From a virus (lineage: Duplodnaviria > Caudoviricetes): a DNA stretch of 52,863 nt. The first letter of the stretch is position 1, and each line of letters begins with the position of its first letter. Below are positions 35,210 to 44,324 of this stretch, piece by piece. The position numbers and the translations under genes are program-made. The stretch is from positions 1 through 52,863 of the IMG/VR virus record IMGVR_UViG_3300006120_000477. One strand, written 5' to 3'. Under the pieces are notes generated by a model, which saw nothing but the letters and a program-made list of their open reading frames with translations, did not search any database and was not told where the DNA came from.

Positions 35210-37267
35210 TTACTTACCAATCTTAGCCAGATGCTGTCTTACCTTAGTTGAACTAAGTTCGCCCATGAATTGCTCTGTAATATGCTCTTCGCCCATAGAA
35301 TCTACATATCCAAAAGTATTCATTGTGCCACGAACACTCTGAGATTTACGATGGAATGGTTGGATTGATTCTTTAACAAGTCTACCATCTTTATCTAAAG
35401 GACGACCTTTATGATCAGTTACAGTATGTGTTATTTTTTTGGCATTTTCTGGAGAAAGTTCAATTTTAATTTTGTCTTTTGCTTCATGAATTTCTTCACT
35501 CATTTGAGAAAGCACATAATCTGATGCAGTCTGAATATAATCAGTGGCTAAAGTAATCTTAGATTGAACCCATTCAGGAAGATCGGTATCTGGCTTTAGA
35601 ACGCTCATAAGTTCACCGAGATGATGTTGGATCTGCTTGAGTTGTGATATGGCCATATCGCCTTCATAACCATATTCATGATCTTTATCTTCAGCAACTT
35701 TCTTAGCAGTGGATGTGGCAATAGCCATTTTCTTGCCCATAGGCATATTAGGATTTTCCTTTGCCATTGCTTTAGCGATTTCCTCACGCTTTGATTTTTC
35801 TGCTGGGGTTAGATGCTTCTCTTCCAGTTCTACTTCTTCACCAAGACTAGGGTGGTCTAAACTAAAATCTTTCCACTTAACAAAGTTTGGATGCTTCTCC
35901 ATACGATCCTTGGCGTGTTGAAAACTTTTAGCGACTAATGGTCTATGGCCCGGCACATCGAATGCAACTCTATCTGGATTGTATCCTTGAGTTTTAGATT
36001 TTGTTTTATATATATGACCTTCTTCGTCTCCATATTGACCCTTGAAAATTGCAGTACCATATCTTTTCACAGATTCATCCAATTCAACTTCTTCTTTAAC
36101 GTTGATTCTTTTGTTGTTGCGATGATCCCATCTCACACCAGATTTCCACTCGGCTGCAGAAATGCCTTCTGGATGCTTTTCACTTTTCTTTGAACCATAC
36201 ATCTGGGCGTGTGTATACCATCCTTCGTCTTCTTCACCAACAAACTTCTGAGCAGCATCTTTAGCGGCTTCGATGTCACCATGCAGGGTAATCTTTCTAC
36301 CATCCGAATACTCAACATGATGTGGCAACCAATCACTATTACTAGGATGAACTGTGGCGCTCTTACCTTTACCTTCAAAGGTTGTTGGCTTTAGTTTCTT
36401 GGCTTCATCAAGATCTACTTCTTCGTTCTGATTATGTCTTCCCACACCACTAGAATATGTATTCAATTCATAAGGATGTGAACCGCCTTTATTATAAACC
36501 TGAATATGAATCGTATGTTTTTTGCCTGTAGTGGCGTGTGTAGCAGGAAGATTTACTGAAGTTGTATTACCTTCACTTGGCTTCTTTGACATGACACCAA
36601 CGTGATGAAATCTATCATCATCAGATACAGTTAAGCCGCTCTTACCATGATGACCAAGTGCATGATTAATCGCATCAGTATATGACTTATGATATAGCGC
36701 ATAATCAGAACCACGAGATTCATCAAGTTCGACTTCTTCTTTAGCTAATTTTTCGCCCGCTTCGCGCTTTCTAATTGCATTTTTAGATCGATCAATTTCG
36801 GCCTGACGAAACTTTTGCATCTCTGGAGAATCTTTGCCTTCTTTTTGTTTTTCTGTATCAAATTCAAGAGTCCCCAAATTCACAATTTTGTTAAATTTGG
36901 CAGCAGTCTTATATCTATCTTTTAATTCATCAGAAATCTCATCAATCTGATCAATATCTTCCTTATAATAATCAGACATCTTTGGCTCTCTTAGATGATC
37001 TTTATGAACCGAAATGTCTTTATATGTATCATCATTCTTTGATCTTACACCACCACCTTGATGGACACTAAGAATTACATGATCTTGTTTATTTGGATCA
37101 TATCCAGTGACATATCCAGCACCACCTTCGCCTTTATGGTCACCAGTAGTAGTAAGATACTTTCCTTTATGCCTTTCAACATCAGCATATCTACGACGAA
37201 ATTCTTTTTCATCGAAATGTGCAACTTCATTCAGTGCATCTTTTACTTTCTTGTAGATATTATCCAT
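35210..37267 (-). CDS. Probable internal head polyprotein with repeated EEV(E/D)L(D/E)E linkers
   Basis: Four EEVELDE-type linkers plus related E sites; EGDMA..QL..LPEWVQSKIT.A.DY module. Confidence 0.7.
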   Translation of the reverse strand: MDNIYKKVKDALNEVAHFDEKEFRRRYADVERHKGKYLTTTGDHKGEGGAGYVTGYDPNKQDHVILSVHQGGGVRSKNDDTYKDISVHKDHLREPKMSDYYKEDIDQIDEISDELKDRYKTAAKFNKIVNLGTLEFDTEKQKEGKDSPEMQKFRQAEIDRSKNAIRKREAGEKLAKEEVELDESRGSDYALYHKSYTDAINHALGHHGKSGLTVSDDDRFHHVGVMSKKPSEGNTTSVNLPATHATTGKKHTIHIQVYNKGGSHPYELNTYSSGVGRHNQNEEVDLDEAKKLKPTTFEGKGKSATVHPSNSDWLPHHVEYSDGRKITLHGDIEAAKDAAQKFVGEEDEGWYTHAQMYGSKKSEKHPEGISAAEWKSGVRWDHRNNKRINVKEEVELDESVKRYGTAIFKGQYGDEEGHIYKTKSKTQGYNPDRVAFDVPGHRPLVAKSFQHAKDRMEKHPNFVKWKDFSLDHPSLGEEVELEEKHLTPAEKSKREEIAKAMAKENPNMPMGKKMAIATSTAKKVAEDKDHEYGYEGDMAISQLKQIQHHLGELMSVLKPDTDLPEWVQSKITLATDYIQTASDYVLSQMSEEIHEAKDKIKIELSPENAKKITHTVTDHKGRPLDKDGRLVKESIQPFHRKSQSVRGTMNTFGYVDSMGEEHITEQFMGELSSTKVRQHLAKIGK

Positions 37268-37715
37268 TTTTATTCCCCGTTTTGCTTGAAGCTCTTAGCA
37301 TCCATTGATGTTTTTGATGTGAATCTAATCTATCTTGCAAGAAGTTCTCAATGCCCTTATGCATTGGATCTTTACCCGCTTCTGAAATAGCAGATACAAT
37401 AGACCTCATAACAACTTCATTATCTTTTAATAGGATATTTATCATTTGTTTAAGATCTGGAATGGTTTCTATTGTCTCGATATTTGAAAGCTCCTGAAAG
37501 CGTTTATAACTTCCGGGAGCATATTCGTCTAGAGTTCTGATATGTTCAGCAATTCCATCTACCGCCTCAAAAACTTCATCATAGATTTCATTGAATAGTT
37601 TATGATATTCGTAGAAGTCTGGCCCCTCAACATTCCAATGAAAATAATGGGTCTTCAAATAAAATGTAAAACTGTCCGCCAGAACAACTTTTAAATTATC
37701 ACCAAGTTTACTCAT
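37260..37715 (-). CDS. dps: Dps / ferritin-like DNA-protection protein
   Basis: HYFHWNVEGPDF..YHKLF..Y..DGIAEHIR..HQKHQWML. Confidence 0.9.
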   Translation of the reverse strand: MSKLGDNLKVVLADSFTFYLKTHYFHWNVEGPDFYEYHKLFNEIYDEVFEAVDGIAEHIRTLDEYAPGSYKRFQELSNIETIETIPDLKQMINILLKDNEVVMRSIVSAISEAGKDPMHKGIENFLQDRLDSHQKHQWMLRASSKTGNKNG

Positions 37716-38865
37716 CACCAGATTCCTCACTCATTTTATTACGCCATGATTGTGAGGGCTGCTGCAATTTAGTAAGATGTGTTGCGATTGATTTTTTATT
37801 TTTTTTCTGAAGTTGTCTTAGTAATCTTTTAATTCTAAGAATTTCTGCTCTACCGAGAGAAACTAATTCAGTTCCATGATGTGAAGTAAGATTTGGTTTC
37901 TCAAGACTGACAGATTCTTTCATTGGCTCAATATCGGCCTTATCTAAATGAAGATTATGTCCATATCCAGAAACTGATACGATATACTTTCCGCTGTCTT
38001 TATCAAAGAAATCAATGTTACCATGCCCCTCATATCCGGGTTTGTTGATTTTTACCTTAGAGCCTCTTTGAAGTCCCCCATCAACCGGAGATTTAATCTC
38101 TTGAGCATCATCATTATCTTGTTTACCAGATGTGGGAATGCCTACGTGCATGGCAGCAAAGTCGGCAGATTCTTTCATTGGAGTTATTTTAACATGATCG
38201 TGATCTGGATGGACATAAAGATTTCCACCGTCATCTAGACTGATTTGTCTATGAGTTTTTCCTTCATGGTCCTTATGAGACGAATGAATTCTACCATATT
38301 TTTCTTCACCAGCATAATTTATCTTTACTCTTTGACCAGCGCCACAAACATCTAGATTTGATCTCACGGGAATCCCCTCCATGCTATTGTTTGGACTGCC
38401 ACTTTCGCCAGTATCACCATTTGAAATATCAGCCGCAAACATTCCTTCTTTGACTGTTTTTTTCTTAGGAAGAACTGTTGGAACTGGTGATGTTGTTGGT
38501 ATTGATGAATCTGGTTTGCCACTGGGTAAGTCTACAGATGGAAAAAGATCATCGGCACCTTCTTTTATACCAACCTGAACCAATCTATTATATGCCTTTC
38601 TACGACGAAGATTGGTATTTTCCGAATCCTTTTTTTCTAGATCTTTATCATATCCAATATCGCCAACTTCTCCATCAATAGGATTATTAACAAGCGGTCT
38701 GGTGCTTCTAATCGCTCTGGTAGGAATAGCAGAAATCGGATATCCATCTTCCTTCATGGTATCACGATTAACTATAACCTCATTGGGTTCTTTTCCAGTG
38801 AGAGTAATATTTCTTCTGGGTTCCATACCCAATTTTTTCCTAATTAAATTAACAAACTGGCCCAT
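37708..38865 (-). CDS. Probable internal head protein, multi-module
   Basis: Repeated (M/I/V)KE linkers, two SH3/KOW-like G.(R/K)VKIN modules; late promoter upstream. Confidence 0.6.
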   Translation of the reverse strand: MGQFVNLIRKKLGMEPRRNITLTGKEPNEVIVNRDTMKEDGYPISAIPTRAIRSTRPLVNNPIDGEVGDIGYDKDLEKKDSENTNLRRRKAYNRLVQVGIKEGADDLFPSVDLPSGKPDSSIPTTSPVPTVLPKKKTVKEGMFAADISNGDTGESGSPNNSMEGIPVRSNLDVCGAGQRVKINYAGEEKYGRIHSSHKDHEGKTHRQISLDDGGNLYVHPDHDHVKITPMKESADFAAMHVGIPTSGKQDNDDAQEIKSPVDGGLQRGSKVKINKPGYEGHGNIDFFDKDSGKYIVSVSGYGHNLHLDKADIEPMKESVSLEKPNLTSHHGTELVSLGRAEILRIKRLLRQLQKKNKKSIATHLTKLQQPSQSWRNKMSEESGDE

Positions 38866-38901
38866 TATGGCTCCCTTTTTATCATTATTTATCTGATAAG
38901 T

Positions 38902-38909
38902 TATTTATA
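38902..38909 (-). promoter_or_regulatory. T4-type late promoter
   Basis: TATAAATA directly after a terminator. Confidence 0.7.
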
Positions 38910-38936
38910 AAAAAACAGGGGCTACTAACCCCTGTT
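38909..38936 (-). terminator. Rho-independent terminator
   Basis: AACAGGGG-7nt-CCCCTG followed by T run. Confidence 0.75.
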
Positions 38937-38938
38937 CA

Positions 38939-39487
38939 TTAAATCCATGCCGGAACTTCTCGCTTAGTCCACTTATGCAAATTTACTTTACCATGACGAT
39001 AATATTCTCGATAACATTCTACCGGATTGTTACTAATGATATATTCTTCTGGCATACAACATGGCATTGGAGTTGGATCATATTCACGCAAATTAAATGG
39101 TGGAGATTGAATCATATAACCCAGCTTATCCAATGTTTTGTGTCGTTTGCCGTAACGATAAGTGTACTCATCACCGAGAGCAAAAAGATGATCGACCAAC
39201 CAAGCATAGTTAGCGACCGATTGACGAACCCATACAGCAGAAGGGTGATTGCAATGAGTAGCATTATAAAGGACATCGTTGCGATCATCGTCTATCACCC
39301 ATACTTTCTTCTTACGAATCTTATCAGCGTCTGGGACTTTATATGTAACTTCAACTGGAGCACCGTCAAGAACTCTATGAGCAGTTGATAAAAGTTGAGC
39401 AGATTCTAGAATCATTTTGATCGTGTGTTTGTCTACTAGTGCTTGTGCGGCTTCAATTGGATTTTCATCCACATAAAAAATATTAAT
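38939..39487 (-). CDS. Pyrimidine-dimer DNA glycosylase / endonuclease V family protein, probable ATT start
   Basis: (I)NIFYVDENP..DKHTIKMILESAQLLSTAH..THCNHPSAVW..EYTYRYGKRH..YREYY. Confidence 0.75.
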   Translation of the reverse strand: MNIFYVDENPIEAAQALVDKHTIKMILESAQLLSTAHRVLDGAPVEVTYKVPDADKIRKKKVWVIDDDRNDVLYNATHCNHPSAVWVRQSVANYAWLVDHLFALGDEYTYRYGKRHKTLDKLGYMIQSPPFNLREYDPTPMPCCMPEEYIISNNPVECYREYYRHGKVNLHKWTKREVPAWI

Positions 39488-39509
39488 TTTTAGCCTCCAT
39501 AATGAAAAA

Positions 39510-39731
39510 TTAATCAGGATTAGGATCAGAATTGATGTCTTTGATTTCTACAATATCTTCTTCAATTTCATAATTGGCTGTGTAATTTTCCATTATTAGT
39601 TTTGAAGAATCATACAAAGCAGATGCCAAAATCATCAGATCTGCATAATCATCACACATTCCAATTTCCCTGTCAATAGAAGATTGGATTCTCTGGCGGA
39701 TTTCTTTTTGTTCTCTAGTCAATGTAACCAA
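39510..39731 (-). CDS. Hypothetical protein
   Basis: AAGGAG SD with TTG start. Confidence 0.55.
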   Translation of the reverse strand: MVTLTREQKEIRQRIQSSIDREIGMCDDYADLMILASALYDSSKLIMENYTANYEIEEDIVEIKDINSDPNPD

Positions 39732-39742
39732 GTTCGAACTCC

Positions 39743-39895
39743 TTACTTTAGAGGAAGATCGATATTATTTATCTTTCGAGACAAGTCTAGAACCCATCCT
39801 TTACAAGGATCATAATAACTGACATTCCTACGATATTGCTCTTTAAGAGCTAACTTCTCAAATTCGTTGTATTCTTGGAACGTCATAATACTCAT
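39743..39895 (-). CDS. Small hypothetical protein
   Basis: GGAG SD before ATG 39895; promoter-like TTGACA near 40010. Confidence 0.45.
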   Translation of the reverse strand: MSIMTFQEYNEFEKLALKEQYRRNVSYYDPCKGWVLDLSRKINNIDLPLK

Positions 39896-40013
39896 TAAAT
39901 AATCTCCAAAAAAAGAAAGCAAAATCCACCCGGCAATATTAACCATTTACGAAAGACCATTCGGTTGCTTTATCGTGTTAACACAATATACTAAATCAAA
40001 ACGAATGTCAAGT

Positions 40014-40430
40014 CTATCCTTCCAACCTCAGCCCAGAAAAATCTTTCTTCTGATTTCCAAACTGTGGCTTCTGAAATCCCGACTCATGAACATCCTCCTG
40101 AGCCTTATCATCTACATCATATAGTTTCATCTTTGATCTGTCAATGCCAGCAACAAACCTCCTGTGGTTGTTTAGATCGCCGTAGCGATTCTTTAGTTGC
40201 TTGATCATGATCTGCCCCATACCTTCCAGTTCCTCTGTGCTGATAAGAGCCAACATTAGATCAACCGTATGCACAAGACCCATTGATTCGGAGGTATTGG
40301 TGAGATCCATATCAGAAGTTGAATTATGTGTCAGAATATCATTAGCATAGAATAAATGATTTCCGGATACTTCGATGTCCAACATTTCCATGTTGCCGAT
40401 ACATTCTATAGAAACTATTTCATCAAGCAT
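40014..40430 (-). CDS. 41: Replicative helicase gp41 C-terminal fragment preceded by a 36-aa C-intein
   Basis: MLDEIV...DIEVSGNHLFYANDILTHN/S then TSESMGL..KQLKNRYGD. Confidence 0.92.
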   Translation of the reverse strand: MLDEIVSIECIGNMEMLDIEVSGNHLFYANDILTHNSTSDMDLTNTSESMGLVHTVDLMLALISTEELEGMGQIMIKQLKNRYGDLNNHRRFVAGIDRSKMKLYDVDDKAQEDVHESGFQKPQFGNQKKDFSGLRLEG

Positions 40431-41184
40431 ATAATTTTCCTTCGTTTTTTAAGATGACGTTCAGTTTGGGGTGTAATTTGTTGGGATATCGCATACTATA
40501 TGTTTTTAAAGTTTGAAATTGTCTTTCTGTTATGTTGAGAATATTTTTGATAATTCTTTTTGTTATTCGATTTGCAATGATATTTCCATCAGCGGAATAT
40601 GTGCTATAGACGTTAGCAAATCCAGATTCTCCTCCATTTTCATGAAATTGTTTTTTAGATATTGATATTTTATCTTTAGTTTCATTCAATTGAGGGCGCT
40701 TATATACATCACCATATAATCCATGTTGATGTTTATATTTTTTGGTATCACTCATTTGCTTTATAGATTCTTGTGTGTGATTTTTACTCCACATTCCATT
40801 CTTCTCACCCATAGTCGCCAGCCTCTTGTTTTCTATGGTCTCAGTCGAGTCTTTTCTTCCTCTCAATTTTGACATTGAAATTCTATGATTTTTCAATCGT
40901 TCTTCTGTCCATTTTGGAGAATTTTTCTTCTTTCCTTTTCCTCTTGATCCTCCTATTTTTCCAGCTTCAGACGCCGCCTGTATGAATTTTCCATTCAATG
41001 CAACAACGTCTCCTCTGTTGAAGTGTATTTCATAATGTTCTTTTGCAGAAACGCAAATAAGATTATATGGACTATTATTACTCTTATCACCATCTATGTG
41101 ATGTATGTGATATCCTTTGGGTATAGATTTTTTATTGTGTTCTTCCCAAATCTTTCTATAATTTATTCTCTTCGTCATATACAA
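40423..41184 (-). CDS. Free-standing HNH homing endonuclease between the split-intein halves
   Basis: YRKIWE..IHHIDGDKSNN..NL..EHYEIH; NUMOD3 repeats. Confidence 0.85.
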   Translation of the reverse strand: MYMTKRINYRKIWEEHNKKSIPKGYHIHHIDGDKSNNSPYNLICVSAKEHYEIHFNRGDVVALNGKFIQAASEAGKIGGSRGKGKKKNSPKWTEERLKNHRISMSKLRGRKDSTETIENKRLATMGEKNGMWSKNHTQESIKQMSDTKKYKHQHGLYGDVYKRPQLNETKDKISISKKQFHENGGESGFANVYSTYSADGNIIANRITKRIIKNILNITERQFQTLKTYSMRYPNKLHPKLNVILKNEGKLYA

Positions 41185-41204
41185 CTCCGATGTCGATCTA
41201 ACAA

Positions 41205-42545
41205 CTACTTATTGTATATATGAATTTTGTCTCCTACAGAAAGCCCTTTGTTTATGGAGATTTCCGAGAAATTCTCTATCGGAAAAAGATGTTCTCCGGA
41301 ACAGATGATTTCCTTTCCGCTAGAAGTTTTAATTTTATATGCTACCTTTTCTGTTTTTGAAAACACATTGACAACAACATTGTATCCAGAATTAGAGAGA
41401 ATTTTATCTCCAATTTTAATGTCTTTCAATTGCTTCTTTTCATTTTCTGCACGTATCATAGTATTAGGATCCAAGCAATAACCATCACGGTTGCTCTGAG
41501 TGGCTGAAACAATAGGAACATTGAACTCTACTGCCAATGCTCTAATCTCTTCAGCAATAGATTTAATATAAGAATAACTGTTGACAGATCCACCCATCTT
41601 TATTCTTGATGAACTACAAATATTGATATAATCGACATAGATAATATCTGGGACAAAGTTCTTTTTTAGTCGAAGTTCATTTAGAAGATGTCTGAAATGT
41701 GCCGATCCAGCAGATGATGTTGGATATTCTTTAACAATTAATTTACCAATCCCCTTTGACTTCAAAGATGAGATCTTCTTTAAGAATGTTTCTTTTGGCA
41801 TGATTTCTAAATCATCCATTGTTACATTCATTCTATTCGCATCAATTCGTTTAGAGATTTCTTCTTCAGACATTTCCATTGTGATGTATAGAACATTCTT
41901 ACCTTGACCAATGTTATTGGCAGCAAAGTGACACATTAAAGCACTTTTGCCAACACCAGAACCGGCCAAAAGTACTGCAAGAGTTTTATTCTTCAATCCA
42001 CCCTTAGTGATATTATTCAACAGTTCGATGTCAAATTCAACTCTAGTATCCTTTCGATGATAAAATTCATAACGAGATTCTGCATCTTCAGTATAATCGT
42101 GACCAATGTTAGTATCAAAAGAAACCGATAGTGCTTTAGTCAGCAGTTCTGGAATGGCACCTCGACCAATATCCTTCTTCTCGTTATCAATAATTTCAAT
42201 TGAATCCACGATAGCATTATAAATTGCTTTATCTTGACAATGTTTCTCAGTCTCTTGCAGAAGCCAATCAATATTCTCTGGTTGAAGATCAACTAAATTA
42301 TCAACTCTTTCTTTGACTTCTTTATATTGATCTTCAGATAGTCCCTTAAGTTTGTCAATCGAAACTGATATTACTTCTTTGGTAGGCATCTTATTATATG
42401 TTTCAACAAAGGCATTAATAATCTTAAATAGTTGTTTTTCTGAATTTGAAGTGAAATAATTCAATTCAAGAAAGGGTAATGCTTTTCTTGCATATTCTTC
42501 TGAGCAGATCAGATTATTAATGATAGTCTGTTCAATTTTACTCAT
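41205..42545 (-). CDS. 41: Replicative helicase gp41 N-terminal fragment ending in a 90-aa N-intein
   Basis: AGSGVGKS, ITMEM, VDYINI, SATQSNRDGY/CLDPNT...CSGEHLF. Confidence 0.93.
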   Translation of the reverse strand: MSKIEQTIINNLICSEEYARKALPFLELNYFTSNSEKQLFKIINAFVETYNKMPTKEVISVSIDKLKGLSEDQYKEVKERVDNLVDLQPENIDWLLQETEKHCQDKAIYNAIVDSIEIIDNEKKDIGRGAIPELLTKALSVSFDTNIGHDYTEDAESRYEFYHRKDTRVEFDIELLNNITKGGLKNKTLAVLLAGSGVGKSALMCHFAANNIGQGKNVLYITMEMSEEEISKRIDANRMNVTMDDLEIMPKETFLKKISSLKSKGIGKLIVKEYPTSSAGSAHFRHLLNELRLKKNFVPDIIYVDYINICSSSRIKMGGSVNSYSYIKSIAEEIRALAVEFNVPIVSATQSNRDGYCLDPNTMIRAENEKKQLKDIKIGDKILSNSGYNVVVNVFSKTEKVAYKIKTSSGKEIICSGEHLFPIENFSEISINKGLSVGDKIHIYNK

Positions 42546-42820
42546 TCAAATTCCTCATATTCTTTCTGGATATAATAAATTGCTAAAGAAACCCAGATGG
42601 TGTTGGATGCTGCTAAGGTTCCGCCAGCAAATAAAGAGAACCATTGTGCTAGGTGCCAATAATAATACACATTCCAATATCCCCATGATGCAAAGAATGC
42701 CATAGTTCCCCAATGAACACCTTTGATGGTTTTGTCAATAAGGATCTTTCGAATGTTAACGAGGGTTGATATGAAACCAACCCCCTCGAAACATCCGTTG
42801 ATAATATCAGGCAGATTCAT
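42542..42820 (-). CDS. Small 3-TM membrane protein, PQ-loop/SemiSWEET-like
   Basis: Three hydrophobic helices, K..KGVHW loop. Confidence 0.5.
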   Translation of the reverse strand: MNLPDIINGCFEGVGFISTLVNIRKILIDKTIKGVHWGTMAFFASWGYWNVYYYWHLAQWFSLFAGGTLAASNTIWVSLAIYYIQKEYEEFE

Positions 42821-43895
42821 CAGTTAGATCTTCCAATTCATTTTCAAGTTCAACATCGGCTTCTTCATCACTTAAGAGGGTTCCACCAGATGCTGCAAAC
42901 TTATGTTCAACAAATTCATTAAAAGACAACTCCTTTAGAATTGGAATCCAGAAATCTGCATTGTCAGTATCAGCAGCACGATATTTCTTCTCGGACACTT
43001 CTCCGGTTGTAGGATCAACCTTCTGATACCAACCATTAGATGGTTTAATTACATGACCAGATTCAAGAGCAAGATCTAGTAGACCAGACCAACGAGAGAT
43101 ACCTCCCTTATATGTCACAAGGAAAGTGAACTTAGACTTTTCCTTCACAAAACGAGACTTCTCAATATTGATTGTGAAATTCCAGCCAATAAGATCTGTT
43201 CCATCTTTTTCTTGTGCTTTACCGATAATAAATACCTGATTTGCGGAATACATGCCACCAGTACCACCAGACATAATTGCCTTAGAATATAATTCCATCG
43301 ACTGATAAGTATGATTCACAACAATACATGGGATATCCTTGGTAGACAAACTAGGAGTAACAATTCTCCATAGAGACTTCATTTGTCGTGCGCGTGACAT
43401 ATCTGCAACAGTCTTACCATCAAGCGCATCATCTAGTTCTTTCTTTGATGCTAGATTGCCAACAGAATCAATGAAAATAACAACTTTATCTCCTCGCTTA
43501 ATTTCTTCCAACCGCTTCGAAATATCAATCTTTAGTTGCTCAAGGTGTTCAATTGGAATGTGTAAAACTCGATCTGTATCAATACCATTAGATGAAATAT
43601 ATTCCGGTGTGATACCAAACTCAGAATCATAAAATAAACAAACCGCATCCGGATATTTATTCATATATGCCTTAACGAGGACCAAACCAAGAAGTGACTT
43701 AAAATGTTTCGATGGTCCAGCGAGAAACGTTAGTCCCGAAGTTAGTCCACCATCCAAATGACCAGATAGTGCTGCATTAATAATGGGAACTTCTGTAGGG
43801 ATGCAATCTTTCTTATTGAAAAATGAAGATTTTGATAAAACTTCAGTTTCCTTAATGGAACCAGCAGACTTCATACGCTTTAGTAATTCGCTCAT
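42807..43895 (-). CDS. uvsX: RecA-like recombinase
   Basis: AGPSKHFKS, FYDSEFG, IDSVGNLAS, SGGTG. Confidence 0.95.
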   Translation of the reverse strand: MSELLKRMKSAGSIKETEVLSKSSFFNKKDCIPTEVPIINAALSGHLDGGLTSGLTFLAGPSKHFKSLLGLVLVKAYMNKYPDAVCLFYDSEFGITPEYISSNGIDTDRVLHIPIEHLEQLKIDISKRLEEIKRGDKVVIFIDSVGNLASKKELDDALDGKTVADMSRARQMKSLWRIVTPSLSTKDIPCIVVNHTYQSMELYSKAIMSGGTGGMYSANQVFIIGKAQEKDGTDLIGWNFTINIEKSRFVKEKSKFTFLVTYKGGISRWSGLLDLALESGHVIKPSNGWYQKVDPTTGEVSEKKYRAADTDNADFWIPILKELSFNEFVEHKFAASGGTLLSDEEADVELENELEDLTDESA

Positions 43896-43906
43896 AATAT
43901 ATCCTC

Positions 43907-44311
43907 TCAGTGAACAGTTGGTTTATTAGATCCAGTTTTTACTGGAACAAAATCATCTTCATTGTCTTCTTCATCTTCTTCATTCAAGATATCTGTTAAC
44001 GAAAGATCTTCTTCATCAATTGGATTGCCATCAGAACCAATAACAAGAACTTTATCACAAATATTATCGAACATGCCTAGTAGTCTAGAGGCAACTTCTC
44101 TGGCTGCACAATAACGACATTCTTCAAAAATGTCCAGAAAAATATCAATATATTTCTGTTCATCAACATCTTCTGATTCTTCATTTCCATCATTAAGAGA
44201 AAATGATATTGCAGGTTGATACAAAACTTCATCATCATGTTCATACTTATGAAGAACAATCATTACAGATCGTGTTCCAAACATCGACCAATTACTAATT
44301 GAGTTTTCCAT
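43907..44311 (-). CDS. Acidic hypothetical protein
   Basis: AAGGA SD before ATG 44311. Confidence 0.6.
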   Translation of the reverse strand: MENSISNWSMFGTRSVMIVLHKYEHDDEVLYQPAISFSLNDGNEESEDVDEQKYIDIFLDIFEECRYCAAREVASRLLGMFDNICDKVLVIGSDGNPIDEEDLSLTDILNEEDEEDNEDDFVPVKTGSNKPTVH

Positions 44312-44324
44312 ATTCTTTCCTTTA

